From contig CBDANQ010000015.1 in assembly GCA_965197725.1 (NCBI GenBank), positions 1 to 64,000 of the forward strand: a stretch of 64,000 bases of DNA, written 5' to 3'. A model generated the notes under the pieces. It searched no databases. It was not told the DNA's origin and saw nothing but the letters and a program-made list of their open reading frames with translations. Made by a program: the position numbers and the translations under genes. Source of the DNA: Longimicrobiales bacterium. Its GTDB lineage: Bacteria > Gemmatimonadota > Gemmatimonadetes > Longimicrobiales > Gaopeijiaceae. Below are positions 18,538 through 31,478 of the stretch, one piece after another (the first letter of the stretch is position 1; the number at the start of each line of letters is the position of its first letter).

Positions 18538-18577
18538 ACGGTATCGGACAGACACTCATTCCGACGGAAGCCGCACG

Positions 18578-20776
18578 ATGGCGAGAGCAAGGCCGAAGAC
18601 CGAGACGAACAGGGGACGGGACATACTGACCTTCTTCAGCAAGGTGTGGTTTCCCCGCGCCTATGTGCTGGGTGGCGTCTTCCTGGTCGCTGGCGCAATG
18701 GGCGGACTATGGGGCTCCTGGCAGAATATGTGCGCGGGCGCTGGCTGCCCCTCGATCGCACGGATCCGAACGTTCGAGCACGAGCAGACGAGCAAGCTGT
18801 TCTCGTTCGACGGCCGTCAGATCGCCGAGATCGGTTATGAGCGCCGCTCACCGGTATCGATCCACGCGCTGCCCGAGTACATCCCCCATGCTGTGGTCGC
18901 GATCGAGGACAAGCGCTTCTACGAGCACAGAGGCTTCGATCCCATCGGCATCACGCGCGCGGCGTTCGGCGTGCTCACGTTCCGCAACCTCGGTGGCGGA
19001 TCCACCATCACGCAGCAGCTCGCGCGCAACCTCTTCGACGAAATCGGCTTCCAGCGCCGATTGGTTCGCAAACTCAAAGAAGTTCAGGTCGCGCGCGATC
19101 TGGAGCGTTCCTATACGAAGGACCAGATTCTAGAGGCGTACCTGAACGAGATCTACATGGGACGCGGGTACGGCTTCCAAAACGCGGCGCTAAACTATCT
19201 AGGCAAGAACGTCACCGACCTCAACGTGGCCGAGGCGGCACTACTGGCGGCGATCCTGAACGTGCCCGCCCGTTTTGACCCGTTCCGGCATCCGGAGCGA
19301 GCCAAGGGTCGTCGCGACCTCGTGCTCACCCGAATGGCCGCCGAGGGATACCTCACGGTGGACGAGGCCGAGCGCTGGAAGCGCTTTCCGCTGCCAGGAG
19401 CGGCGCCGATGGGGACCGTGACGTCCGTCGCCCCCTACTTCGAAGAGTGGGTGCGTCAGATCCTGGACGACCGCTTCGGAGACGAAATCTATCGGAGCGG
19501 GCTGCGCATCTTCACAACGCTCGACATCGATATGCAGCGAGCGGCGCGTGTCTCGATGGAGGAAGGATGGGCGGCGATCGAGGCGGACACCGTCAACTTC
19601 AAGCACCCCCACTTCTCCGAATTCGATACCGTGCCCGACTTCCCGGGCTCGACGCCATACCTGCAGGGCGCTTTCGTCGCTCTCGATCCGGTCACGGGGC
19701 ACGTGAAAGCGATGATCGGCGGTCGCGACTACCAGCAGTCCAAGTTCGACCGGGCCCGGCTTGCACAGCGCCAGGTGGGCTCCGCGTTCAAGCCGTTCGT
19801 ATACACGGCGGCGATCGCGAGCGGGATTCCGGCGTCGCACGTCATTGTCGACTCGCCAGTCGTATACCCCCAGGTGAGCGGCGAAGACTGGCGCCCCGCG
19901 AACTTTGGTAACGAGTTCCGGGGACCCATGACGCTCCGAGAGGGGCTGTTCACGTCGACGAACATGATCGCCATCAAGCTCGGCTGGGAAGAAGTGGGCA
20001 TCGAAACCGTGGCGCAGACCGCACGCCGCATGGGGATCCAGACCGAGATCGAGCGCTTCCCATCGACGACGATCGGGGCCACGGAAGTCATTCCGATCCA
20101 GGTCGCCGAGGCGTACTCGACGTTTCCGAACCTAGGCACCAAGGTCCGGCCGTTTCCCATCATCCGCGTAGAGGACTCACAGGGGAACGTGCTCTGGGAG
20201 CCCCAGCCCGAGCGCACACAGGTTCTCGACAGCCTCGTCACGCGCATCATGGTGTCGATGCTCGAGGACGTGGTCGTGCGCGGCACTGGCTACAATGCCA
20301 TTCGTGTCCGGGGGGAACTCCCCTATGCGGTTCCCGCGGGCGGCAAGACCGGCACGACCAACGACGGTACCGACGTCTGGTTCAACGGATTCACGCCGAA
20401 CATGGTCGCGACCGTATGGTTCGGCATGGACTCCCCCATCCCGATCTTCGAATTGGGACCGGGCAAGCGCCAGGCGACGGGGGGCGGGCTCGCCGCTCCG
20501 ATCTGGGGCGCGTTCATGCGCCGCGTGTACGCCGGCGACGAGGGCGACGAGGAGAACGGCGTGGAAGCTCGGCCTCCCTTGCTGTCGACACCGGACCGCA
20601 TACCGCTGCTTCCCGGGCTGAACACCGTTCTCGTGGATCGAAAGACCGGAAAGCTCGCTTCGCGCTGGTGCGACGAGGAAAATCAGTACCTCGAGTACTA
20701 CATCCCGGGTACGGAGCCCACCGAGTTCTGCGACCGGTCGGACAGGCGCTTCAGGGTTCCTCGCATCGGCCGCTAG
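18578..20776 (+). CDS. mrcA: Class A penicillin-binding protein (PBP1A family)
   Basis: TM anchor; transglycosylase motifs EDKRFYEH, GGSTITQQL, RKLKE; transpeptidase motifs SAFK, STN, KTGT. Confidence 0.93.
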   Translation: MARARPKTETNRGRDILTFFSKVWFPRAYVLGGVFLVAGAMGGLWGSWQNMCAGAGCPSIARIRTFEHEQTSKLFSFDGRQIAEIGYERRSPVSIHALPEYIPHAVVAIEDKRFYEHRGFDPIGITRAAFGVLTFRNLGGGSTITQQLARNLFDEIGFQRRLVRKLKEVQVARDLERSYTKDQILEAYLNEIYMGRGYGFQNAALNYLGKNVTDLNVAEAALLAAILNVPARFDPFRHPERAKGRRDLVLTRMAAEGYLTVDEAERWKRFPLPGAAPMGTVTSVAPYFEEWVRQILDDRFGDEIYRSGLRIFTTLDIDMQRAARVSMEEGWAAIEADTVNFKHPHFSEFDTVPDFPGSTPYLQGAFVALDPVTGHVKAMIGGRDYQQSKFDRARLAQRQVGSAFKPFVYTAAIASGIPASHVIVDSPVVYPQVSGEDWRPANFGNEFRGPMTLREGLFTSTNMIAIKLGWEEVGIETVAQTARRMGIQTEIERFPSTTIGATEVIPIQVAEAYSTFPNLGTKVRPFPIIRVEDSQGNVLWEPQPERTQVLDSLVTRIMVSMLEDVVVRGTGYNAIRVRGELPYAVPAGGKTGTTNDGTDVWFNGFTPNMVATVWFGMDSPIPIFELGPGKRQATGGGLAAPIWGAFMRRVYAGDEGDEENGVEARPPLLSTPDRIPLLPGLNTVLVDRKTGKLASRWCDEENQYLEYYIPGTEPTEFCDRSDRRFRVPRIGR

Positions 20777-20777
20777 C

Positions 20778-22109
20778 TCAGAGAGAGACCACGCCGTGTA
20801 GGTCGACCCGGTGAGAGACGAGCTGGCGTAGCTCGGGGCCTCCGCCGACTTCACCCACCGTCACCGCACGGCGCACCAGCTCCTGGCCCGTGCGTGCGCC
20901 TTCGGCGTCCGTGGCATGCACGGTCGCAAGCCGGTCTCCGGTGGACACCTCGTCACCCGGCTGCACGTGTATTTGGAAGCCGACGCTCAGATCCGGCTTC
21001 TGATCCATGTGTGTGCGCCCGCCGCCGAGCGCGACAACCCCTTGCCCGAGCATCCTCGGTGCGACCTGGAGAACAGTGCCCCCGCTCGCCGCCACCACGT
21101 CGGTTCTCTCGGAAGCCGTCTCGAGTCGGGCGGGAGCATCGATCACGCGCGCGTCTCCGCCCTGGGCTTCCACGAGGCGGATCAGCCGCTCGAGCGCGGC
21201 CCCCGAGTCGAGGGCCGACTCGACACGCGACAGGGCAGCTTGCTCAGCGACGGTCGGCTCCGCAAGCCGCAGCATTTCGACAGCCTGGAGTTGCACGATC
21301 GCACGGAGGTCGGCCGGCCCCTCGCCCCTGAGGAACAGGATCGCTTCGGCCGTCTCGAGGGCATTCCCGATCGCGTACCCTAGCGGGCGGTCCATCGCGG
21401 TGAGAAGCGCCACGGTCGGCAGACCGCGCCCCACGCCGATACCGACCATCGTCTGCGCTAGCTCGATCGCCCGATCCTCTTCCGGAACGAACGCCCCCGC
21501 GCCGACCTTGACGTCGAGCACCAGCCCGGTAAGCCCTTCCGCGAGTTTCTTGCTCATGATGCTCGCGGCGATCAGCGGGCGGATCGGGACCGTCGCGGTC
21601 ACGTCCCGCAGTGCGTAGAGACGCCGGTCGAGGGGAGCGATCTCGGCGGTCTGCCCGATCATCGCACAACCGACTTCTTGCAGGACGCACCGGAATTCGT
21701 CTAGCGACAGATCTGTCCGAAATCCCGGGATCGCCGCGAGCTTGTCGAGCGTGCCCGCGGTGTGGCCCAAGCCGCGGCCGGACATCATGGGCACAAAGAT
21801 GTCCAGCGCCGCGACCAAAGGAGCGAGTGCGATGGAAACCTTGTCGCCAACGCCGCCCGTGGAGTGCTTGTCGATGCGAGGACCCGCCAGGTGGCTCAGG
21901 TCCAGCACGGTCCCCGACTCGAGCATGGTGCGCACGAAGACTTCGGTCTCTTCCGCGTCGAGGCCCTGATGGAATGCAGCCATCAAGAAGGCGGACATGT
22001 GGTAGTCCTGGACCGAGCCCTCGAGGAAGGCGCCCAGGAAGGCCTCGAGGGTTCTCCCGTCCACCGCACCGCCATCGCGCTTCTGTTCGATGACCCTGCT
22101 CGGGATCAT
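20778..22109 (-). CDS. pdp: Thymidine/pyrimidine-nucleoside phosphorylase
   Basis: DKHSTGGVGDK, SGRGLGHT, YALRDVTATV, SIMSKK, LDVKVG. Confidence 0.93.
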   Translation of the reverse strand: MIPSRVIEQKRDGGAVDGRTLEAFLGAFLEGSVQDYHMSAFLMAAFHQGLDAEETEVFVRTMLESGTVLDLSHLAGPRIDKHSTGGVGDKVSIALAPLVAALDIFVPMMSGRGLGHTAGTLDKLAAIPGFRTDLSLDEFRCVLQEVGCAMIGQTAEIAPLDRRLYALRDVTATVPIRPLIAASIMSKKLAEGLTGLVLDVKVGAGAFVPEEDRAIELAQTMVGIGVGRGLPTVALLTAMDRPLGYAIGNALETAEAILFLRGEGPADLRAIVQLQAVEMLRLAEPTVAEQAALSRVESALDSGAALERLIRLVEAQGGDARVIDAPARLETASERTDVVAASGGTVLQVAPRMLGQGVVALGGGRTHMDQKPDLSVGFQIHVQPGDEVSTGDRLATVHATDAEGARTGQELVRRAVTVGEVGGGPELRQLVSHRVDLHGVVSL

Positions 22110-22145
22110 GACGGTCCGCCCCCCGCCCCCCTTCTGATCACCCTC

Positions 22146-22391
22146 CTAGCCAGCGAAGCGCTTCCTGGCCCCTTCGATCGCGTCGTCGACCTTGCCTTTC
22201 ACCTCGTCGGCGAGGTCGTCCCAGCGGTCGGTCGCGGAATCTCGCAGGGTGAGGGCGCTCTTCTTGATGCGCCGGCGCGTACGGTGGCCCGACTGCGGAG
22301 CTGCGAGCAAAGCAACGCCGGCGCCAATAACCGCTCCGAGCAGCAGTCCCGAAATGAAGTTGATGACCTGCGTCTCGTGATCGTATTCCAT
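22146..22391 (-). CDS. YtxH-domain protein (81 aa)
   Basis: AGGAGG RBS; GLLLGAVIGAGVALLAAPQSG..TR. Confidence 0.85.
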   Translation of the reverse strand: MEYDHETQVINFISGLLLGAVIGAGVALLAAPQSGHRTRRRIKKSALTLRDSATDRWDDLADEVKGKVDDAIEGARKRFAG

Positions 22392-22466
22392 GTTCCTCCT
22401 CCGGTCAGCGGACCCGCGTTGTTGTATATTAGCCCCGCCAAGCACCAGTAACGAGACGGGAGGACG

Positions 22467-23003
22467 ATGGACGCACCGGCCACGACGCCCCGGGAAATCG
22501 CGGTTCCGATCTCGGTCTTCGGTTCTCTCCGTAACGAGCTCGAGAAGGAGGCCGGGGCGCTTCCGACGATTCACGCGCTTCACCACGCCGGTTACGAAGC
22601 TGGTGCGGCTGCAGCGGCTTCCTTCGCGGTGGGTGGCGACGTCACCAACATGGAGCAGTCGGCGTTCTGGGCCAGGCTCTCGGAGTTCTTCTCCCGGAGG
22701 GGCTGGGGAACGCTCCATCAGAGCGCTGAGCACGCCGGCATCGCCCTTCTCTCTAGCCCAGACTGGGCCGAGGCTTCACCCGATGCGGGCGACTCGGAAG
22801 CGAGCTGTTGCTTCAGTACCGGGTTCCTGTCCGGCCTGCTCTCCGAGCTGGCGGGGGGCCCGCTGGCGGTTCTGGAAGTCGACTGCCGCGCGCGCGGCGA
22901 CGAGCAGTGCCGCTTCGCGTTTGGATCCGAAGTCGCGATCCACGACCTCTATGGCTATTTGCTCGATGGGACCGATCTGGAAGGCGCGCTCGCCGCTTTG
23001 TAG
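22467..23003 (+). CDS. Standalone V4R-domain protein
   Basis: GWG, CCFSTGFLSGLL, EVDCRARGDEQCRF. Confidence 0.8.
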   Translation: MDAPATTPREIAVPISVFGSLRNELEKEAGALPTIHALHHAGYEAGAAAAASFAVGGDVTNMEQSAFWARLSEFFSRRGWGTLHQSAEHAGIALLSSPDWAEASPDAGDSEASCCFSTGFLSGLLSELAGGPLAVLEVDCRARGDEQCRFAFGSEVAIHDLYGYLLDGTDLEGALAAL

Positions 23004-23015
23004 CGGTGTCGTCCG

Positions 23016-23444
23016 GTGCGTGCGCTCGGTATCGATTACGGCCTAAAAAGGATCGGCCTGGCCTTGAGTGACCCGACCGGCACGATCGCGTCTCCGCTCG
23101 AGACGCTCGTGCGCCGAGCAGACAAGCGTCCGCCGATCACGAAACTCGAGACGATCGCGCGGGAGAGGGACGTTGAGCACCTCGTCGTCGGTCTACCCCT
23201 CGGCCTCGACGGAAATGAAACTGCGTGGTGCGGGGAGGTGCGCTCCCTAGGTCAGCGACTCGCCGCGCGCCTTTCCCTGGAGGTGTCGTTCGTGGACGAG
23301 CGCATGACGTCGGTGCGAGCTGAGCGCGCGGTCCGGGCCTCGGGCTTGCCCAAGCGCAAGCGTGAGGACAAGCGCCGCATCGATGCGGCAGCCGCCCAGT
23401 TGATCTTGCAAGCATGGCTCGACCAGCGGACCGTGTCACCATGA
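23016..23444 (+). CDS. ruvX: YqgF/RuvX pre-16S rRNA nuclease (Holliday junction resolvase-like)
   Basis: LGIDYGLKRIGLALSD, VVGLP, DERMTS, IDAAAAQLILQ. Confidence 0.95.
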   Translation: MRALGIDYGLKRIGLALSDPTGTIASPLETLVRRADKRPPITKLETIARERDVEHLVVGLPLGLDGNETAWCGEVRSLGQRLAARLSLEVSFVDERMTSVRAERAVRASGLPKRKREDKRRIDAAAAQLILQAWLDQRTVSP

Positions 23445-24469
23445 GCCTGAAGCGAGTCGCCGCTTGGGGCGTCCTCGCCGGCGTGTTCGCTGTGGGCGGG
23501 TGCGGCGGCGAGCCAGGCGCGCCTGTTCAGATCACTGTCCCCCAGGGAGCTACGCTCTCCGAGGTCGCGGATACGCTCGTCGCGCGCGGCGTGATCCGAG
23601 CGCAGCGGATGTTCGAGCTGTACGCCCGCTTCCGCGGAGACGACCGGCGCATCAAGTCGGGCATGTACGAGCTGCCGACGTCTAGCTCGTGGGGTGACGC
23701 GCTCGAGCACCTCACGCTGGGCAGGGTCCTGACCCGGCTCGTCACGATTCCGGAGGGCTTTCGCCTGCGCCAGATGGCGCCGCGGATCGCGGAGATCACG
23801 GGCATAGCAGTCGATTCCGTCGTCGCACTCATGGAGACCGCCGGTATCGAGCGGCGGCTGGGAATCCCGGGGCCGGGCGCCGAAGGGTACCTCTTCCCGG
23901 ATACCTACCGCTTTGCTCCCGGTGTTGCCGTGGAATCCGTGCTCAATGCGATGGTGGAACGGTACGAAGCGACTTGGACCGAGGAACGACGAGCCCGGCT
24001 CGCGCAGCTCGAGATGTCCGAAGCAGAGCTCGTCACGCTGGCGTCGATCGTTCAGGCAGAGGCTCGCGACGTGGGAGAGATGCCCAGCATCTCCGCGGTC
24101 TATCACAACCGGCTGCGTGACGGGTGGCTGCTGCAGGCCGACCCCACGGTGCTCTACGCCCTGGGAGGCCGACGGGTACGACTACTGTACGCCGCGATCG
24201 ATTCCGTCGCCGACAGTCCGTACAACACCTACGCCCAGCCGGGTCTTCCGCCCGGGCCGATCGGCGCGCCAGGTGAGGACGCGATCGACGCTGCGCTTAA
24301 CCCCACCGAAGAGGACTTCATGTACTTCGTCGCCCGGCCCGACGGGTCTCACCACTTCACGCGAACACTCGCCCAGCACAACCGGGCCAAGGCCGATGCC
24401 CGCCGCGAGTGGGACAAGGTCAGGGCCGGGACCGACCCACAAGGCGGATCCGACCTCGACCCGGAATAG
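23441..24469 (+). CDS. mltG: Endolytic transglycosylase MltG
   Basis: TIPEG, EGYLFPDTY, LASIVQAE, LQADPTV.Y, SPYNTY...GLPPGPI. Confidence 0.95.
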   Translation: MSLKRVAAWGVLAGVFAVGGCGGEPGAPVQITVPQGATLSEVADTLVARGVIRAQRMFELYARFRGDDRRIKSGMYELPTSSSWGDALEHLTLGRVLTRLVTIPEGFRLRQMAPRIAEITGIAVDSVVALMETAGIERRLGIPGPGAEGYLFPDTYRFAPGVAVESVLNAMVERYEATWTEERRARLAQLEMSEAELVTLASIVQAEARDVGEMPSISAVYHNRLRDGWLLQADPTVLYALGGRRVRLLYAAIDSVADSPYNTYAQPGLPPGPIGAPGEDAIDAALNPTEEDFMYFVARPDGSHHFTRTLAQHNRAKADARREWDKVRAGTDPQGGSDLDPE

Positions 24470-24485
24470 CCCACGCGCAAACGTC

Positions 24486-25139
24486 GTGACGGACACGAGC
24501 GACTCCAGTGCGTTACGCGAAGCGCTTCGCGTGCTCGTCGTCGTGGAGGCCGGACTCGCCGCACCCCGGTCGGTGGTCGAGGTCGTCCGGGCTGCCGTGG
24601 CCGGCGGCGCGCGGGCGATACAGTTGCGCAACAAGGGTGACACGGCACGTGAACTCGTGGCTGCCGGCGAACGACTGGCTCCGCTTCTGAAACAGGCCGG
24701 CGCGTTGTTCTTCATCAACGACCGGCTCGACGTCGCGCTCACTGTAGAGGCCGATGGAGTGCACGTAGGCCCCGACGACCTGCCCGTGGCTGCCGTCCGT
24801 GCCACGGCCCCGAAGCGATTCTTGATCGGGCGGTCCGCGGACGACCCGCACGTAGCGCGGCGCGCGGTCACGGACGGAGCGGACTACATCGGGTGCGGGA
24901 CCGTGTTTCCGACGTCGACCAAGCCAGACGCCGGGGACCTCATCGGCGTGGAAGGGCTACGCCGCGTAGTCGAAGCGGTACCAGTGCCTGTAGTCGGAAT
25001 CGGCGGAATCACCGTGGAGCGGGTGCGCGACGTCGCGGAGGCCGGTGCATCCGGCCTAGCGGTGGTTAGCGCGGTGATGCACGCCTCTGACCCGGCGTCG
25101 GTCGTGCGGACCATGCTTCAACGCTTTGGAGGCGCGTAG
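24486..25139 (+). CDS. thiE: Thiamine phosphate synthase
   Basis: IQLRNK, INDRLDVA, GVHVGPDD, PTSTK, GIGGI; GTG start at 24486. Confidence 0.93.
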   Translation: MTDTSDSSALREALRVLVVVEAGLAAPRSVVEVVRAAVAGGARAIQLRNKGDTARELVAAGERLAPLLKQAGALFFINDRLDVALTVEADGVHVGPDDLPVAAVRATAPKRFLIGRSADDPHVARRAVTDGADYIGCGTVFPTSTKPDAGDLIGVEGLRRVVEAVPVPVVGIGGITVERVRDVAEAGASGLAVVSAVMHASDPASVVRTMLQRFGGA

Positions 25140-25958
25140 CTACAAGCCCCCCTCTGCGAGCAGCTTCTCGACTTCGGCCGCCTCGACGAAGAAATCGCCA
25201 AGCGCTGTGCCCGCGTCGGGTGTATGCCAGTCCGAACCGCCACTCATGAGCAACCCGGAGGATCGGCAGATACGCTCATAGCGAAGCATGTCATGGCGCT
25301 TGTGTGACGGTCGGTACACCTCCAGGCCACGCAGGCCGGCACGCACGAGCTCCGGCAGCAACGGATCGACCAAATCTCCAGGTGGATGGGCCCAGATGGG
25401 AAGTCCATCCGCTTCGACAATCAGCTCGACGGCGTCCACCGGTGTGAGCAGGTGCGTCGGAACGAACGCGTCGCTGCCGTCGCCGATGAGGGTTTGGAAC
25501 GCCCCCTGGACCGACGCGACGTGGCCGGCTGCCACCAATGCTCTCGCCAGGTGGGGTCGACCGATCACAACACGGTCGGGGCCTGCCTCGCCCTCGACTT
25601 GCTCGAAGGTGATCTCTATGCCGCTCGCGGTGAGTCGCTCCACCATCTCATGCATGCGCTCGTCGCGCCGGCTGGTCGCTCGCGCGCGGTGCGCGATGAT
25701 CGCGGGCGCCTCGGGATCGACGAAGTAGCCGAGCACGTGCACATCACGGTCGCGATGCGTGGAGCTGACCTCGAGAGCGGGAATGACTTGCACTCGCACT
25801 TCTGCTCCAACGGCGGACGCGGTCGCGAAGGCCGTCGTCGTGTCGTGGTCCGAGACCGCGATTACATCGAGCCCGCCCTTCGCCGCTCCCCGCACCACGG
25901 CCTCGGGCGACCAAGCGCCGTCGGAAGCAGTGGTGTGGATGTGAAGGTCGAGCTTCAT
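25140..25958 (-). CDS. PHP-domain phosphoesterase (TrpH/YciV-like)
   Basis: DLHIHTTASDG, SDHDT, HVLGY, GRPHLA, AHP, GGSDWH. Confidence 0.9.
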   Translation of the reverse strand: MKLDLHIHTTASDGAWSPEAVVRGAAKGGLDVIAVSDHDTTTAFATASAVGAEVRVQVIPALEVSSTHRDRDVHVLGYFVDPEAPAIIAHRARATSRRDERMHEMVERLTASGIEITFEQVEGEAGPDRVVIGRPHLARALVAAGHVASVQGAFQTLIGDGSDAFVPTHLLTPVDAVELIVEADGLPIWAHPPGDLVDPLLPELVRAGLRGLEVYRPSHKRHDMLRYERICRSSGLLMSGGSDWHTPDAGTALGDFFVEAAEVEKLLAEGGL

Positions 25959-25987
25959 GCGGAGGGTCCGTCACTCACGAGGGGAAT

Positions 25988-26308
25988 TCAGCCCTCGACG
26001 TCGTCCGCGAACACGATCGCTTCGGCTGGAATCCGCTGGGGCGGCTCGTCACCCGCGTACTCGGTCAGCAGCGTCACCCGGTCGCGCTCGACCTTGAGCA
26101 CGCCGGCGGCCACGTAGAACGAGTCACTCCCCCCACCCGGCCGGTCGATCTTCATCTCACCGGCTCCGATCAGCGTCAACATGGGGGCGTGTCCTCGCAG
26201 GATCCCGACGTGGCCATCCCACGCCGGCGCCACTAGCGCGGACGCCTCGCCCTCGAAGACGATGCGATCCGGGGAGACCACACGAACCTCTAGCATACCG
26301 TCGGCCAC
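25988..26308 (-). CDS. atpC: F1 ATP synthase epsilon subunit (short form)
   Basis: VRVVSPD, GHVGILRGHAP; last gene of the atp operon. Confidence 0.92.
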   Translation of the reverse strand: MADGMLEVRVVSPDRIVFEGEASALVAPAWDGHVGILRGHAPMLTLIGAGEMKIDRPGGGSDSFYVAAGVLKVERDRVTLLTEYAGDEPPQRIPAEAIVFADDVEG

Positions 26309-26311
26309 CAG

Positions 26312-28625
<2,314 letters not shown>

Positions 28626-28652
28626 GTCGTCTCGTCCTCTCAGTTGGCGCGG

Positions 28653-30218
28653 CTAGGCCGAGGCCGCAGCCGCGGAGTGTTCGGCCGCGAACGCCTCGTT
28701 ATAGCTCTCGATCGCGGCAACGAGCCGCTCGTTGAGCTCTTCATCCATCCCGCCGCTCTCACGCACCTCGTCGAGCACGTCCTGATGCTTGGCGGCCATG
28801 TCCTGGTGGAAGCCGAGCTCCCACTGGCGGACCTTCTCCACCTCGAAGTCGTCGAGAAAGCCGTTGGTCACGGCGTAGATCACCGCGACCTGACTTTCGA
28901 CGGGCATCGGCTGGTATTGGGGCTGCTTGAGCATCTCAACGGTGCGTGCGCCACGAGCCAGTTGGCGCTGTGTCACGGCGTCCAGGTCGGATCCGAACTG
29001 AGCGAACGCCTCCAACTCACGGTACTGCGCGAGGTCGAGCCGCAGACGACCGGCGACCTTCTTCATTGCCTTGATCTGCGCCGCACCACGCACGCGCGAC
29101 ACCGAAATACCGACGTTCACGGCGGGCCGCACTCCCGAATAGAACAGATCGGGCTCGAGGAAGATTTGACCGTCGGTGATCGAGATCACGTTGGTCGGGA
29201 TGTAGGCCGCAACGTCGCCACCCTGCGTCTCGATGATCGGCAGCGCGGTCAGCGAGCCGCCACCCTGGTCGTTTGAAAGCTTGGCCGCGCGCTCGAGCAG
29301 CCGTGAGTGGAGGTAAAACACGTCCCCCGGATACGCTTCACGTCCGGGAGGACGGCGGAGGATCAGCGAGAGCTGGCGGTACGCCTGCGCTTGCTTCGAG
29401 AGGTCGTCGTATACGACGAGCGTGTGCTTGCCCTGCCACATGAAGTGCTCAGCGAGCGCGGTGGCCGCGTACGGGGCGATGTACTGCATCGGCGCGGGAT
29501 CGGACGCGTTCGCGGTAACGATGATCGTGTACTCCATCGCGCCGTGCTCCCGCAGCGTCTCCACCACACTCCGCACTTTGCCAGCTCGCTGACCGATGGC
29601 GCAGTAGATGCAGATGACGTCGGTGCCCTTCTGCTTGATGATCGTGTCGACCGCCACGGCGCTCTTGCCGGTACCGCGGTCGCCGATGATCAGCTCGCGC
29701 TGACCACGGCCGATCGGGATCATCGAGTCGATCGCCTTGAGGCCCGTCTGCAACGGCTCGCTGACGGGCTGCCGCTTGACGATGCCCGGCGCGACGATAT
29801 CGATCTGGCGCGAGCCTTCGATGCCGTCGATCGGCCCCTTCCCGTCCTGCGGGTTGCCGAGCGAATCGACGACGCGGCCCAGGTACCCAGCACCGACGGG
29901 CACCTCCAAGACACGACCCGTGCGCCGCACCTGATCGCCCTCGTGCAGCCCGGTCCACTCACCCATGATGACGGCGCCGATGTTGTCCTCTTCGAGGTTC
30001 AACGCGAGCGCCGTCACGGTCTCTCCGGTGCCTGCTGCCGTGATCTCGAGCATCTCCGACGCCATCGCCTTCGTGAGTCCGTAGATGCGGGCGATCCCGT
30101 CCTTCACTTCGAGGACTTCACCGATCTCTTCGGCCTGGAGGTCCTCTTCGTACTTCTCGATCTCCTTGAGAAGGACGTCTTTGATCTCGCTGGCTCGGAG
30201 CTGGGAGTCGTTGGCCAT
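28653..30218 (-). CDS. atpA: F1 ATP synthase alpha subunit
   Basis: [38 protein letters not shown]. Confidence 0.98.
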   Translation of the reverse strand: MANDSQLRASEIKDVLLKEIEKYEEDLQAEEIGEVLEVKDGIARIYGLTKAMASEMLEITAAGTGETVTALALNLEEDNIGAVIMGEWTGLHEGDQVRRTGRVLEVPVGAGYLGRVVDSLGNPQDGKGPIDGIEGSRQIDIVAPGIVKRQPVSEPLQTGLKAIDSMIPIGRGQRELIIGDRGTGKSAVAVDTIIKQKGTDVICIYCAIGQRAGKVRSVVETLREHGAMEYTIIVTANASDPAPMQYIAPYAATALAEHFMWQGKHTLVVYDDLSKQAQAYRQLSLILRRPPGREAYPGDVFYLHSRLLERAAKLSNDQGGGSLTALPIIETQGGDVAAYIPTNVISITDGQIFLEPDLFYSGVRPAVNVGISVSRVRGAAQIKAMKKVAGRLRLDLAQYRELEAFAQFGSDLDAVTQRQLARGARTVEMLKQPQYQPMPVESQVAVIYAVTNGFLDDFEVEKVRQWELGFHQDMAAKHQDVLDEVRESGGMDEELNERLVAAIESYNEAFAAEHSAAAASA

Positions 30219-30231
30219 CTTCTGGTTGGTC

Positions 30232-30825
30232 CTAGGTATTGGGATCGGATCGGGCGTCGGCGGGACCGCCGGCCGCTGCGGGCAAACGCGCCCCCAGGAG
30301 TCGACGACGCATGCCGTCAACGCGCCTGCGGATCGATCCGTCGTAGATCGTGTCACCGGTGCGTACGACGAGTCCCCCGAGGATCTCCGGCTTAACCCGG
30401 ACGTGGGGGATCACTCTTGTTCCGAGCGCACTCGAGAGTCGCTCCGAGATCAGTTCTTTGGTGGCGTCATCGACCGGACGCGCCACCGTGACCTCCACGT
30501 GTTCCCGACCGAGGTGGCCGTCGAGCAGGAGGTCGTACCCTTGCGAAACCTCGCGGAGAAGCCGCTGGCGGCGCTTGTCGATCGTGACCATCACGAAGTT
30601 CACGACATGCTTCGGCAACACTTCGCCGAATACGCGGCGCACGACCGCTTTTTTTTCTTCGTCCTCGATGCGCGGCGTCTCGAGGAACAACCGGAACTTC
30701 GGATCCTCGTCGATGACGCTGGCGATTGTAGCGATCGCGGCGCCGTACGTCTCGAGCCCGTCGTGGCGACGCGCCAGCTCGAAGAGCGTCGCCGCGTAGT
30801 TCTTGGCGACGGTTTCGTCTCTCAC
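30232..30825 (-). CDS. atpH: F1 ATP synthase delta subunit
   Basis: [26 protein letters not shown]; operon position. Confidence 0.93.
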   Translation of the reverse strand: MRDETVAKNYAATLFELARRHDGLETYGAAIATIASVIDEDPKFRLFLETPRIEDEEKKAVVRRVFGEVLPKHVVNFVMVTIDKRRQRLLREVSQGYDLLLDGHLGREHVEVTVARPVDDATKELISERLSSALGTRVIPHVRVKPEILGGLVVRTGDTIYDGSIRRRVDGMRRRLLGARLPAAAGGPADARSDPNT

Positions 30826-31421
30826 GCCTGCGCTCCGGAAGCGTCCCCTAGCTCGTCCAGATAGCGTTCGACGAGCTCGCGGTCCTTGGCCTGATCGAGA
30901 CTCTCCCGCATCAGCCGCGACGCCACAGCCAGTGCGAGCTCCACCGACTCCCTTCTGAGCGCTTCGAGCGCCGCGTCGCGCTCACGCTCGATCTCGACGC
31001 GGGCCCGCTCCACGATCGCCTGCCCCTCGGCGCGGGCCTTCTCCTCGATCTCCCTGCGCACGTTCTCGCCCGCGCCCTTGCCTTCGGCGATCAACTCGTT
31101 GGCCTGCCGCCGCGCGTCCATGAGCTGCTCGCGGTGCTGCTCGAGCAGACCCGCGGCCTCCGCATTGTGTCGGGCAGCCTCGTCGAGCGCGGCCTGGATA
31201 CCCTTCTCTCGCGCGTCGACCGCGGCCAGGATAGGGCCCCAGGCGTACTTAGACAGAATCAGCAGCAAGCCGGCGAAGACGAACAGCGTCCATACGCTTA
31301 GGCCGGTGTTGATATCGAAGAGGCCCCCACCACCTTCCTCGCCTCCTCCCTGGGCCCAAAGCGGGCCCGGCAGCGCGGCGAGAAGCGAAAGCGTGACCGG
31401 CAGAATCGGAGTGGCTCTCAT
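30822..31421 (-). CDS. atpF: Fo subunit b
   Basis: WTLFVF...KYAWGPIL..VDARE..I followed by a coiled coil; N-terminal extension; start 31421 or 31433. Confidence 0.93.
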   Translation of the reverse strand: MRATPILPVTLSLLAALPGPLWAQGGGEEGGGGLFDINTGLSVWTLFVFAGLLLILSKYAWGPILAAVDAREKGIQAALDEAARHNAEAAGLLEQHREQLMDARRQANELIAEGKGAGENVRREIEEKARAEGQAIVERARVEIERERDAALEALRRESVELALAVASRLMRESLDQAKDRELVERYLDELGDASGAQA

Positions 31422-31478
31422 CGTGATCTCCATCGATTACCCGAGGTCAGAGGCCCGCGCCAGCGAGCCCGGTCAGTC

